A stretch of DNA of 64,000 bases from assembly GCA_037137535.1 (NCBI GenBank), contig JBAXKC010000008.1, forward strand, positions 1 through 64,000, given 5' to 3'. The first letter of the stretch is position 1. Each line of letters starts with the position of its first letter. Both the position numbers and the translations under genes were made by a program. This document shows, in pieces, positions 30,139-40,718 of the stretch. The stretch is from a bacterium (GTDB lineage Bacteria > Cyanobacteriota > Vampirovibrionia > Gastranaerophilales > JBAXKC01). A model generated the notes under the pieces. That model was given only the letters and a program-made list of their open reading frames with translations. It was not told where the DNA came from and did no database searches.

Positions 30139-30906
30139 ATGAATTATAAAACTGTTCTGATAACAGGAGGAACAGGGCTAATAGGATTTGAGATGATTAG
30201 TCATTTTCTAAAGTTGCCAAATTATAAAGTGGTATTTATTTCTCGTTCACAAACTAAAATCAGTACTGTTATTGATAATATTCCTGCTGATAAAAAGATT
30301 TTTCTTCATGGAATATGCATAGATTTAGAAAAAGAAAATTCTAGTGCTGAATTAGTTGAATATTTAGAAAAAAATGAGATTTTTCCTGATATTCTTATTA
30401 ACAATGCAAGAAACGCAAATTATTTAAAGCTTGATGAAAACGGTAAAGCTAAAAGAGACGACTTCCAAAACGAATTTTTAATGAATGTTGTTGTTCCCTA
30501 TGAAATATCTATAGCTTTATCTGCAATGAAAAACTCTAAACTCTGCAATATAATAAATATTTCTTCAATTTACGGTATTGTCGCCCCAAACCCAAATTTA
30601 TATGACGGTTCTTTAAAAAGGTCACCAATTCAATATGGTGTTACAAAATCAGCTTTAATTCATTTAACAAAAGAATTAGCTGTTAGATTTGCAGATAAAA
30701 AAATAAGGGTAAATGCTTTATCACTTGGAGGCGTTGAAGGTAGAGTCAATGATGAATTTATAAAAAAATACGCTAAGCTTTGTCCGCAAGAAAAAATGCT
30801 GAAATCTGAAGACATAATTGGTGCTGTGGAATTTCTAGCATCTGATTCATCATCTGGAATGACAGGGCATAATTTAGTCGTGGACGGAGGCTGGACAGCT
30901 TGGTGA
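30139..30906 (+). CDS. SDR oxidoreductase (PtmA-like)
   Basis: TGGTGLIG, NNAR, SSIYG, YGVTK, GHNLVVDGG. Confidence 0.9.
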   Translation: MNYKTVLITGGTGLIGFEMISHFLKLPNYKVVFISRSQTKISTVIDNIPADKKIFLHGICIDLEKENSSAELVEYLEKNEIFPDILINNARNANYLKLDENGKAKRDDFQNEFLMNVVVPYEISIALSAMKNSKLCNIINISSIYGIVAPNPNLYDGSLKRSPIQYGVTKSALIHLTKELAVRFADKKIRVNALSLGGVEGRVNDEFIKKYAKLCPQEKMLKSEDIIGAVEFLASDSSSGMTGHNLVVDGGWTAW

Positions 30907-31604
30907 GAGAATTTCAAAATATAGCTATAATTCCTGCTCGTGGGGGATCAAAAAGGATTCCCGATAAAAATATTGTTGATTTTTTCGGCAAACCGTTGAT
31001 TGCATATACAATTGAAGCTGCAAAAAATAGCTGCTTATTCGATAAAATAATAGTTAGTACAGATTGTGAAAAAATTAAAAAAATATCAGAAAACTATGGA
31101 GCAGAAGTTCCCTTTTTAAGAGATAAATATAGCGATGATTTAAGTTCAGTTGCACAGGCAACTTTAAGAACCTTGACTCAATGTAACGAAATACTTGAAG
31201 AAAGCTACACAAATGTAGTTCAATTAATGCCAAATTGTCCTTTGAGAAACGAAAAAGACATAATTAAAGCCTATGAGTTTTATCAAGAAAATAATGCTGA
31301 TTTATTAGTCAGTTGTTTTGAATATAATTGGATGAATCCATGGTGGGCATTAAAAGTTGAGAATAACAAAGGTCAATTTATTTTCAAAGAAGAACTAAAG
31401 AAAAGATCCCAGGACTTAGATAAATTATATTGTCCAACAGGTTCTATTTGGATGGGAAAGAGTGAAATACTAAAAAAAACACAATCATTTTATTCCGATG
31501 AAACTCTGTTTTATCAGCTTAATTGGAAATCATCTATTGATATTGATAATTATGATGACTTAGAAATGGCTAAAGCTTTTTATTTATTGAAAAATCATAA
31601 TTAG
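30900..31604 (+). CDS. Acylneuraminate cytidylyltransferase (NeuA/PseF family)
   Basis: IIPARGGSKRIPDKN, VSTD, RSQDL, SIDID. Confidence 0.92.
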   Translation: MVREFQNIAIIPARGGSKRIPDKNIVDFFGKPLIAYTIEAAKNSCLFDKIIVSTDCEKIKKISENYGAEVPFLRDKYSDDLSSVAQATLRTLTQCNEILEESYTNVVQLMPNCPLRNEKDIIKAYEFYQENNADLLVSCFEYNWMNPWWALKVENNKGQFIFKEELKKRSQDLDKLYCPTGSIWMGKSEILKKTQSFYSDETLFYQLNWKSSIDIDNYDDLEMAKAFYLLKNHN

Positions 31605-31715
31605 AAAAATTTTTCTCCTCAATATACTCGATGAATAGCGGTTTTTTATATGAAATAATAACATAGGAATGTTTTAACTGTTTTGTCTGTTGGAAAAGAA
31701 GTAAGGGAGTTTATA

Positions 31716-33308
31716 ATGCTAAAAAAAATAATAAAAAAATTTTTTAAGCAGAAAACAAACTGGATTTCGAAGATAAAACAAACTGAATCTAAGCTTAAAT
31801 ACACAATTATATCTACTGACAAACCTAAAAAAGTTTTGTTTTATTCTGTAATCCCATGGGATAGCGGTTGCGTAGAACATTTTTTAGCTAAAGCTCTTCA
31901 TCTTCGTGGACATGACGTTACAAGCATTTATTGCGATTATAAATTACCTGTATGCGGAATGGAAAACAATAATATCAAAAGGTGCAGTTGCATAGAATGT
32001 AAACAAAAAGCTAAAACTTTTTTTGATGCCTTTAACATCAAAGTTGACGGTTTATCAAAATTAGCAGATGAACATGAAATAAACAAAATAATTAAAGATA
32101 TTAAGGTTTTAGCCATAAACGAAATGTTCAAATATGAATATAAATCAATACCTGTAGGCAAATTGACTGAAACAGATTTACCACAATACTTTCTGGGTAT
32201 TATTAATCCTGCTGAAAATGAAAGTAAATGCAGACAAATATTAATTTCCGGAGCTATATTAGCTTATTTTGCAGATAAATTAATAGAAAAATATAAACCT
32301 GATACAATTGTTCTATCAAATGGAAAATCACTTGCTTATTCTTATTTGTACCATTTAGCAAAAAGTATGAATATTAAAGTAGTAACTTGGGAAGAAACAG
32401 GTTTTATTCCCGGAGGATATGTTTTTAATACAAATAATTATGCTAATGAATTTCACTTAGAAGAAATTTGGGCAGATATTTCAAACGAAGTAGTAAAAGA
32501 AGAAGAACGCAATTTTGTTGCAAATTATTTCAAAAACTGGGAAACAGGCAAGACAATGCCGTTTAAGTATTATACAACTCCAATAAGCGATATAAATGAA
32601 ATAAAAACGGCATTGAACATAGACAGTAATAAAAAAATTATAACAATAATGACAAATTTAACATGGGATACGTCAGCATTAGGTAGAGATATTGCTTTTA
32701 CAAGCATGCTGGATTGGATTTACAGCACAATTGACTATGTTTTAGAAAATAAAGAAACTTTACAGCTAATAATAAGAGTGCATCCTGCAGAGAAAAAAAT
32801 ACCCATGATTTATCAGGGCGGTAAAACAACTAATCAATTTATAACAGAACATTATGGTACTATACCTGAAGGGGTATATTTAATTGAAGGTGATTCAGAA
32901 ATTAGCTCTTATACTTTAATCGAAAATTCTAATATTTCTGTAGTTTATACAAGCACGCTTGGGCTTGAAATGGCATTAAAAGGCAAAAATATTCTCGTTG
33001 CAGGCGATGTTCATTACAGAGATAAAGGATTTACCACCGATATTTTGTCAAAAGAGCAAATGCTTGATATATTTAATAATATGAATACTTTTAATAAAAC
33101 TATTTCAAAAGAACAACAAGACTTAGCTATAAAATATGCTTATGCTTTACTAAAAAGACATTTAGTAAAATTTCCTTATTTGAATGTTAAAGATAAAACT
33201 TTTGAAATAAAATCATTTAACGACTTATTACCTAACAAAAATCCAGCTATTGAAAAATTATGCCAATGTATAATCTATGACAACTTTTTTATTGATATTA
33301 CACCGTAA
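31716..33308 (+). CDS. Capsule polysaccharide biosynthesis/KpsS-like GT-B protein
   Basis: TWD, IRVHPAE, YTSTLGLEMAL.GK, HYRDKGFT; start at ATG 31716 after AAGGGAG. Confidence 0.7.
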   Translation: MLKKIIKKFFKQKTNWISKIKQTESKLKYTIISTDKPKKVLFYSVIPWDSGCVEHFLAKALHLRGHDVTSIYCDYKLPVCGMENNNIKRCSCIECKQKAKTFFDAFNIKVDGLSKLADEHEINKIIKDIKVLAINEMFKYEYKSIPVGKLTETDLPQYFLGIINPAENESKCRQILISGAILAYFADKLIEKYKPDTIVLSNGKSLAYSYLYHLAKSMNIKVVTWEETGFIPGGYVFNTNNYANEFHLEEIWADISNEVVKEEERNFVANYFKNWETGKTMPFKYYTTPISDINEIKTALNIDSNKKIITIMTNLTWDTSALGRDIAFTSMLDWIYSTIDYVLENKETLQLIIRVHPAEKKIPMIYQGGKTTNQFITEHYGTIPEGVYLIEGDSEISSYTLIENSNISVVYTSTLGLEMALKGKNILVAGDVHYRDKGFTTDILSKEQMLDIFNNMNTFNKTISKEQQDLAIKYAYALLKRHLVKFPYLNVKDKTFEIKSFNDLLPNKNPAIEKLCQCIIYDNFFIDITP

Positions 33309-33319
33309 AAGGTAAAGAA

Positions 33320-34081
33320 ATGATAAAACTATTTAGAAAAAATAATATCTTTGATAAACTCAAAAAAATGCCTCGATATACTCAAGGTACATTCAAATTT
33401 GATGGATTTACGGTAAAATATACTGATGCATTATCCTTTTATTATGAGTATAAAGATATTTTTCAAAATAAAATTTATCATATAAATACGATGAATAAGA
33501 CTCCTTACATTATTGATGCAGGTGGTTGCATCGGAATGTCAACTTTATATTTTAAACAACAATATCCAGATGCTGAAATTATCGTTTTTGAACCTGACCC
33601 ACATGTTTTTAAAATATTAGACGAAAATATAACTGTTAATAGTTTGAATAACATAACCACTATAAATAAAGGTCTTGGCAAAGGTACAGGCATAATAAAT
33701 TTTTATGCTGATGGTGCTGATGGTGGAAGTGTTACTTCAACCAAATCTGATAATACAACCATTGCAGTTGAAATTACCAAACTTAGCGAGTATCTAAATA
33801 AAAGAGTTGATTTATTAAAAATGAATATTGAAGGTATGGAATTTGAAGTATTTGAAGAAATATCCGACAAACTGCACAATGTACATGAAATTATCTTTGA
33901 ATACCATGCATTCCACAACTTACCGCAAACATTAGGAAAAATACTGGAAATATTAGACACTAAAGGATTTAGATATTTAGTAACTGATGGAACTAGTTCA
34001 AAAATAGCTACACCCTTTATAATGCCTAAAAAATATCAATGTTTTAATCTTGTTTACGCAAAAAATCTAACTAGGTCATAG
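33320..34081 (+). CDS. FkbM family methyltransferase
   Basis: IIDAGGCIG, FEPDP, LLKMNIEGME. Confidence 0.9.
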   Translation: MIKLFRKNNIFDKLKKMPRYTQGTFKFDGFTVKYTDALSFYYEYKDIFQNKIYHINTMNKTPYIIDAGGCIGMSTLYFKQQYPDAEIIVFEPDPHVFKILDENITVNSLNNITTINKGLGKGTGIINFYADGADGGSVTSTKSDNTTIAVEITKLSEYLNKRVDLLKMNIEGMEFEVFEEISDKLHNVHEIIFEYHAFHNLPQTLGKILEILDTKGFRYLVTDGTSSKIATPFIMPKKYQCFNLVYAKNLTRS

Positions 34082-34084
34082 TTT

Positions 34085-34735
34085 ATGATTAAAAGTTTTG
34101 TATTTAAGTATTTGTTTAAAAATAAACCATTAAATAGGACTTTTGGCTACGATAGAGGAACTCCTATTGATCGTTATTATATTGAAAATTTTTTGAATAC
34201 AAATAATAATTTAATAAAAGGAAATGTTATTGAAGTAGCTGAAAATACATATACAAAAAATTTTGGCAGAAATAAGGTTCTCAAATCGTTAATTTTACAT
34301 GCGAATAATACCGATGTTAAAGCCGATATTATAGGTAATTTAGAAACAGGTGAAAATTTACCTGAAGCGATTGCAGATTGTTTTATAATGACTCAAACCT
34401 TACCATTTATGTTAAATCCTAAAGAGGGGATTAAAAACGCATTAAAATTATTAAAAGCTGATGGTGTATTATTAATTACAGTACCGGGAATAGTTCAGAT
34501 AAGCAGATATGATATGGATAGATGGGGACATTACTGGAGTTTTACTGATTTATCTTTACAAAAACTCTTAGAAGAATTTGTTCATAAAGAAAAAATAGAA
34601 ATAAAAACTTATGGAAATGTTAAATCGGCATGTGGCTTATTATACGGTTATTCACAGGAAGAATTTACAAAAAGTGATTTAGACCACTACGATAAAGATT
34701 ATCAAGTAACAATAGCAGCTGTTGTAAGAAAGTAA
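34085..34735 (+). CDS. Class I SAM-dependent methyltransferase
   Basis: FGYDRGTPIDRYYIE, DCFIMTQTL, LKADGVLLITVPG, YWSFT. Confidence 0.8.
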   Translation: MIKSFVFKYLFKNKPLNRTFGYDRGTPIDRYYIENFLNTNNNLIKGNVIEVAENTYTKNFGRNKVLKSLILHANNTDVKADIIGNLETGENLPEAIADCFIMTQTLPFMLNPKEGIKNALKLLKADGVLLITVPGIVQISRYDMDRWGHYWSFTDLSLQKLLEEFVHKEKIEIKTYGNVKSACGLLYGYSQEEFTKSDLDHYDKDYQVTIAAVVRK

Positions 34736-34739
34736 GATT

Positions 34740-37046
34740 ATGAGTTCATTAATAAAAATAATAAATAATGAATATCGCAAGTTATTACCTAAAGCACTTG
34801 TTTTAATCTATCATCGTGTTGGTGATTTAGAAAATGACCCACAAAATTTATCTATTTCAGCTGAAAAGTTTGAAGCACAAATGAAATATTTAAAAGAAAA
34901 TTATAAAGTAATAAGTTTAAAAGAATTAACTAAGGACTTAAAGAAGAAAAAAATCAAACATAATTCTGTTGTTATTACTTTTGATGATGGTTACGCAGAT
35001 AATTTATATAATGCCAAGCCGATTCTCGAAAAATATAATATTCCTGCAACAGTTTTTATTACAGGCGAAATGATTAACAGCAATAAAGAATATTGGTGGG
35101 ATGAATTAGAAAAAATATTTGTATCTGACAAAACAAGTATTTTTAAACCTTTATCCGTAGAAATTAACAATAAAATTTATCATTGGAACATCAATAATAA
35201 ACTTGATGCAATTTCGGTATATAATCAGCTTCATCCATTAATTAAATATACATCTAATGAAGAAAGAAAAAATATTTTGAATTTTCTCCTTAATTGGGCT
35301 GATACACAAATTGAAGGTAGAGCTTCTCATAGGGCAATGACAGATAATGAAATAATAGACCTCTCTTTAGGAGGACTTATTGAAATAGGCGCACATACAG
35401 TAAGTCATTGTGTTCTGACTCAAGAAACTGAAGAAAGACAACTATTTGAAATTATAGAATCAAAAAAAATACTAGAGAAAATATTAAATAAAAATATTGA
35501 AAGTTTTTCTTATCCATTTGGAACTTCTGAAGATGCAAATGATAAAACAGCAAATCTAGTTAAAAATTGTGGGTTTGAAAATGGCATAGCAAACGAACAG
35601 GATTTTGTAACAAATATAGATAATCCATATCTAATTCCCAGACGATTAATAAGAAATTGGGATTTAAATGAGTTTAAAACAAACCTTGATAAATACTTTT
35701 TAAAAGATAGGTTAAATATTATTGAAAATTATGTAATTTCACCCATTTTAGGCAGTTATATAAACCATAAATTAAATAAAAAAATAAATAAAAAATATAA
35801 AATTAATAAACAAATTAAAGAACTCAACTCTGTTTTACAAATAAACACGCAAGATTGTCGTGGTGGGGCTGCTAAAGTTGCTTTTGATATTCATAATAAA
35901 TTGAATAATACTGGCATTAATTCCTGTATGCTTGTAGATAAAAAAGAATCAAAATGCGAAAATATTGATCTGATTAACAGAAATAATTCTTATCTTCAAT
36001 TATTATTAAATCAACATCAAAATTACAGTTCTAAATTAGACTCACTGCATTTATCAACTTTTGAAATAATGAAACATGATTATTTCAAAAAAGCTGATAT
36101 TATTCATTTGCATAATTTACATGGTAATTATTTTAACCTTGCGGCATTACCCGAAATATCAGCCCAAAAACATACAATATGGACGTTACATGACATGCAA
36201 GCAATAACTGGACATTGTGCTCATTCCTTTGAATGTGATAAATGGTCAATTGAATGTAAAGGTTGTATTAAATTAAATATATATCCAGCAATAAAAAAAG
36301 ATCAAACAAAATATTTATGGAATAAGAAAAAAAGAATTTATCAGAATTTGGACAATATTACAATTGTTTGTCCTTCGAACTGGCTAAAAAATAAAGTCGA
36401 AAAAAGTATATTAAAAAACTCTGATATACGACTAATCTATAATGGAATAGATGAGAATTTATTTTTCAATTATCCCAAAAAAGAAGCTAGGGAAAAGTTA
36501 AATTTACCTTTAAATAAAAAAATATTACTATTTAGTGCTGATTATGGACTTATAAACCCATGGAAAGGCGGAAAATATATTTATAAAGCATATAATCAAC
36601 TAAAAGAGGACCCCAATATTTTATTTATTAATATAGGTTCTTCTGCAACATTGCAAGTAAATGAAAATTGGATAAATGTGCCTTATATTGATAATCAAAA
36701 AGAACTGGCATTATATTATTCTGCTGCTGATTTACTTTTGTATCCGACTTTAGCAGATAATTGCCCCTTAACGGTATTAGAATCTTTATCATGCGGAACT
36801 CCCGTTGTTAGTTTTAAAACAGGCGGTGTTCCTGAGCTTATAGAACATTTTAAAAACGGTTATATCTGCAAATATAAAGATAATAATGATTTTATAAAGG
36901 CGATTAAAACATTAATTTATGATGATAATCTTCTACATCAATTATCTATAAATGCCAGAAAAACTGTTATAGATAAATTCACGTTAGATGAAATGATAAA
37001 TAATTATAAAAATTTGTATAATGAAGTTATAATTGCCAATCAATAA
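34740..37046 (+). CDS. Polysaccharide deacetylase (CE4) fused to GT4 (WcaC-like) glycosyltransferase
   Basis: YHRV, TFDDGY, GAHTVSH, SYPFG; then GGAA, LHNLHG, WTLHD, GHCAH, DNCPLTVLESLSCGTP. Confidence 0.88.
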   Translation: MSSLIKIINNEYRKLLPKALVLIYHRVGDLENDPQNLSISAEKFEAQMKYLKENYKVISLKELTKDLKKKKIKHNSVVITFDDGYADNLYNAKPILEKYNIPATVFITGEMINSNKEYWWDELEKIFVSDKTSIFKPLSVEINNKIYHWNINNKLDAISVYNQLHPLIKYTSNEERKNILNFLLNWADTQIEGRASHRAMTDNEIIDLSLGGLIEIGAHTVSHCVLTQETEERQLFEIIESKKILEKILNKNIESFSYPFGTSEDANDKTANLVKNCGFENGIANEQDFVTNIDNPYLIPRRLIRNWDLNEFKTNLDKYFLKDRLNIIENYVISPILGSYINHKLNKKINKKYKINKQIKELNSVLQINTQDCRGGAAKVAFDIHNKLNNTGINSCMLVDKKESKCENIDLINRNNSYLQLLLNQHQNYSSKLDSLHLSTFEIMKHDYFKKADIIHLHNLHGNYFNLAALPEISAQKHTIWTLHDMQAITGHCAHSFECDKWSIECKGCIKLNIYPAIKKDQTKYLWNKKKRIYQNLDNITIVCPSNWLKNKVEKSILKNSDIRLIYNGIDENLFFNYPKKEAREKLNLPLNKKILLFSADYGLINPWKGGKYIYKAYNQLKEDPNILFINIGSSATLQVNENWINVPYIDNQKELALYYSAADLLLYPTLADNCPLTVLESLSCGTPVVSFKTGGVPELIEHFKNGYICKYKDNNDFIKAIKTLIYDDNLLHQLSINARKTVIDKFTLDEMINNYKNLYNEVIIANQ

Positions 37047-37075
37047 TTGTAAATAGAAAGCATGTTAGGTTTGAA

Positions 37076-37816
37076 ATGTTAAAAAAACTCTTAAATAGAA
37101 CAAAAAATAAAAATACTAAGAAAGATTTTAACCAAGAAGTTTATGATAGTTATTTAAATAATGACTCACTTAAATCTTCATTAAGCAGATTAAAACGCTT
37201 AGGAGTTGAGGTTAGCACAGTGATTGATGTTGGTGCCTCAAACGGTTGTTGGAGCGCTGTTGCTCAAACTTATTATTCAAAAGCTAAGTATTTGCTGTTA
37301 GAAGCTCAATCAGAACATGAAAAACAATTACAAGAGTTTAGTCAAAAAAATGACAATGTTAACTATGTGATAGCAGCTGCCAGCAATAGTGATGGAACTA
37401 TAGAGTTTGATTGTACCGATTTATGGGGTGGGCTTGCTATTACTAACGAAAAAGATTCTAATAGTTTATGCAAACAGGTAAAAAGTACACGAATTGATAC
37501 ATGTGTAAAAAATCTAAATTTGAATGGACCTTATTTGATTAAATTAGATACTCACGGACATGAGTTAAAAATTCTTGAAGGAGCAGGAGAATTATTAAGA
37601 GATTGCAATTTAATAATTATTGAAACATATAACTATAAAATAAATAATGAAGCCTTAAAATTTCACGAAACCTGTTATGAAATGGAAAAACTAGGGTTTC
37701 ATTGCGTTGATATTTCAGATATTACTTATAGAAAAAAAGATGATACGTTATGGCAAATGGATTTGTATTTTGTTCCAAATCGTCTTGGCTTTTCTAAATA
37801 TAACGAGTTTGAATAA
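37076..37816 (+). CDS. FkbM family methyltransferase
   Basis: VIDVGASNG, IKLDTHGHE..ILEG, LWQMDLYF. Confidence 0.88.
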   Translation: MLKKLLNRTKNKNTKKDFNQEVYDSYLNNDSLKSSLSRLKRLGVEVSTVIDVGASNGCWSAVAQTYYSKAKYLLLEAQSEHEKQLQEFSQKNDNVNYVIAAASNSDGTIEFDCTDLWGGLAITNEKDSNSLCKQVKSTRIDTCVKNLNLNGPYLIKLDTHGHELKILEGAGELLRDCNLIIIETYNYKINNEALKFHETCYEMEKLGFHCVDISDITYRKKDDTLWQMDLYFVPNRLGFSKYNEFE

Positions 37817-37818
37817 CT

Positions 37819-38691
37819 ATGAAGATAAGTATTATAACTCCCTGTTTTAATGCGGAGCAATATATTGAAGAAACTATTGAAAGCGTAATATTTCAACGTG
37901 GGGACTTCGATATTGAATATATAATCATCGATAATTTATCAGCAGATAACACAGAAAAGATTGTAAATTATTATATTAATTTGCATAAAGAGAACAAACT
38001 TAAAATTAATTGTAATAACTTAGAAATTAAATATATTCGTGAAACAGACAATGGACTTTATGATGCATTAGCAAAAGGCTTTGAAATCATTACAGGCGAT
38101 ATAATTGCTTATATTAATGCAGATGATTATTATTTACCAAACTCATTTAAAACTATAACAAATATATTCAAATCTAATAAAAAATTAAAATGGTTAAACG
38201 GATTAAGCGTTAGTTATAATGAAGATGGAAGTATTATTGGAATTTGGCCATTACCGACTATTAAAAGAAAACATATTCAGTATGGATTTTTTGGTAATAT
38301 TTATTATCATATTCAACAAGAGTCCTGTTTTTGGAGAAAAGAATTATTAAATAAAATAGACATGAACATATTTAGAAAATATAAATATGCAGGAGATTAT
38401 TATTTATGGAAATCTTTTGCGGAAGAAAATAATATTTATACGGTTCATTCAGCATTATCTGGCTTTAGACACAGAGAAAATCAACTTTCATCAGTATGTT
38501 TTGATAAATATAAAGAAGAATTTAACCAAATTAAAGAGAATTCATCATTTTTTGATAAAATAGAAGCAGTAATTTTAAATTTTTATTGGAAAATATCTGA
38601 AGGAAAGCACTATATTACAAAAAAACGCTTTTCTCACATATATTATGATATGCACAATAAAATTTGGAAAATGTATAAAAAACCTAAATAA
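37819..38691 (+). CDS. Glycosyltransferase family 2
   Basis: ISIITPCFN, EYIIID..S.D, GLYDA, YINADD, QESCFWR. Confidence 0.92.
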   Translation: MKISIITPCFNAEQYIEETIESVIFQRGDFDIEYIIIDNLSADNTEKIVNYYINLHKENKLKINCNNLEIKYIRETDNGLYDALAKGFEIITGDIIAYINADDYYLPNSFKTITNIFKSNKKLKWLNGLSVSYNEDGSIIGIWPLPTIKRKHIQYGFFGNIYYHIQQESCFWRKELLNKIDMNIFRKYKYAGDYYLWKSFAEENNIYTVHSALSGFRHRENQLSSVCFDKYKEEFNQIKENSSFFDKIEAVILNFYWKISEGKHYITKKRFSHIYYDMHNKIWKMYKKPK

Positions 38692-38703
38692 GGGCATCTT
38701 AAA

Positions 38704-39600
38704 ATGGCAATACCAATATTTTTTATACATAAAGGACTACATCCTTACTTGCTTTTTACAATAATGCAAGCAAAATTTTCTAATCCAAATAGTGAAATAA
38801 TACTCATTGGCGATGATGAAAATAAGGTTCTAGGAAAATATATTACTCATTATAATTACAATGAATTAATAAATAATAATATTTTAGAACTTAGAAAAAT
38901 TTATAAACACAAGAGTAACAACAAGAAAGATTATGAACTTTTTTGCATTGAAAGATGGTTTTTACTCAATGAATATTCTAAAAAGTTTAAGTTAAAAAAT
39001 TTATTCTATATAGATTCAGATGTTATGTTGTATGAAAATATAACTCAAATTTTTGATAAATTATCAAGCGTTGATGTTCTATGCTTTGATTACGAAAAAA
39101 TATCAAGCGGACATTATTGTTATATAAATAATTTAACCAAACTTGACAACTTAAACAACTATATACTTGATTTATATAATGATAATAATAAATTTAATGA
39201 ATTATGTGAAAGTTATTTAACTACTGAAAATAGTGCTTATGTCAAATCAATCAGTGATATGGTACTTCTACATTCATTTTTAAGAAATAATGACATTACT
39301 TATGCAAATATAACAAATTATTTTGAAGGTAAAATATTTACCAATACTTTTAATTTCAATAAAGTGAAAAATATCGTTAACTCAGAAAAAACTAATTTAA
39401 TCAGCTTTACCAATAATAAGTTTCTTGTTAAATTTAAAGATAATAATGAAATTTTAACAGCTTCAGCCATTCACTTTCATGGAGAAGCAAAACACCTGAT
39501 TTCAAGTTATGCAACAGTAAAATTACCTATTAGATTAAAATTTATTAACTTATCATTTTTATTAAATAAACTTTATAAAAAAATCAAAAAGTATTTATAA
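38704..39600 (+). CDS. Putative GT-A-fold glycosyltransferase-like protein
   Basis: CIERWF, YIDSDV (DxD), SDM, IHFHG; inside the glycan locus. Confidence 0.55.
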   Translation: MAIPIFFIHKGLHPYLLFTIMQAKFSNPNSEIILIGDDENKVLGKYITHYNYNELINNNILELRKIYKHKSNNKKDYELFCIERWFLLNEYSKKFKLKNLFYIDSDVMLYENITQIFDKLSSVDVLCFDYEKISSGHYCYINNLTKLDNLNNYILDLYNDNNKFNELCESYLTTENSAYVKSISDMVLLHSFLRNNDITYANITNYFEGKIFTNTFNFNKVKNIVNSEKTNLISFTNNKFLVKFKDNNEILTASAIHFHGEAKHLISSYATVKLPIRLKFINLSFLLNKLYKKIKKYL

Positions 39601-40713
39601 AGCTGTTTCAAAATCAACAATTTCACATTTTAAATAAGGTAATTTTATTAAATCTGCTTTAGGATTATCGCCAATCATTGAAGAATTACGCATATCAATT
39701 TTGAAATCCTGACATGCTTTTAAAAGCATACCGGGTTCTGGCTTTCTAGTTAATGTTTCTTTTTTATACTCGATTATTGTAGCTTTTTCAAAATAATATG
39801 GTGAATGATAAAAAGCGTCAATTTTTAAATTTTTTGAATTATAAGTTTCTTGAATGTATTCATGCGTTAAATGCACGTCGTTATCGGTATAATAACCTCT
39901 AGCAACTCCTGATTGATTTGTTACAACAATAAGATGCTGATTATTTTCATTAGCTCTTTTTACAATAGCAAAGGCCTGTTCTAATAATTCCAAATCAGTT
40001 CCAAAAGCATAGCCTGTATTTTTATTGATAACACCATCTCTATCCATAAACTGAGCTGATTTACGCTCCGTTTTTAGCCAATTATTAATTAAATCTTCTG
40101 ACTTGTGAGTGTTTTGAATAAATTTGCCACCTAAAGGTAAACCCAGTAATTGTTTATTTTCAAGTAAAAGATCAATAAAATCTTGCTCATTAATAAATTT
40201 ATTTTTATTAAGTAAATCAATTATTAGTGACTTTTTAAGAAAATATCTTCCAGAACTTACATATCCATCTAAATAAGAATTTTCATCAATATTTTTTAAA
40301 AGTTTTATATTATAGTCATTATCTATTTTATAAAAATCTAATGATGAGTCATAATCCGCCATTCTAAGACCTAAAACGTTATTTTTATTAGCAGAAAAAT
40401 CTTTCATCAAAGTTATATCAGCATCAAAGAAAAAATTACCGTCAATTAAGTAGAACTCTTCATCTACATAATCTAATACCGACTTTATTACATTATAAAA
40501 GTTATAAGTATCAGCCAAATTCAAGATTTTTATATCTAAATTACTATATTGTTCTAATAATTTATTATAATTTATTAATTCGTTATTAGAAATAAATGAT
40601 AATGAATCAATTCCAAATTCAATTATACTTTCAGCAACACTTTGAATAAAATGTATAGAGTTTACGTCAGACGTAACTTTATTAATATTATCTAAAAAAA
40701 TAACTGCTTTCAT
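39595..40713 (-). CDS. Degenerate nucleotidyltransferase-like domain fused to GmhB-type heptose bisphosphate phosphatase
   Basis: C-part FMDRDGVIN, VVTNQSGVARG, RKPEPGML, MIGD; N-part resembles HddC-type NTP transferases but has no GGxGxR. Confidence 0.75.
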   Translation of the reverse strand: MKAVIFLDNINKVTSDVNSIHFIQSVAESIIEFGIDSLSFISNNELINYNKLLEQYSNLDIKILNLADTYNFYNVIKSVLDYVDEEFYLIDGNFFFDADITLMKDFSANKNNVLGLRMADYDSSLDFYKIDNDYNIKLLKNIDENSYLDGYVSSGRYFLKKSLIIDLLNKNKFINEQDFIDLLLENKQLLGLPLGGKFIQNTHKSEDLINNWLKTERKSAQFMDRDGVINKNTGYAFGTDLELLEQAFAIVKRANENNQHLIVVTNQSGVARGYYTDNDVHLTHEYIQETYNSKNLKIDAFYHSPYYFEKATIIEYKKETLTRKPEPGMLLKACQDFKIDMRNSSMIGDNPKADLIKLPYLKCEIVDFETAL

Positions 40714-40718
40714 TTAAA

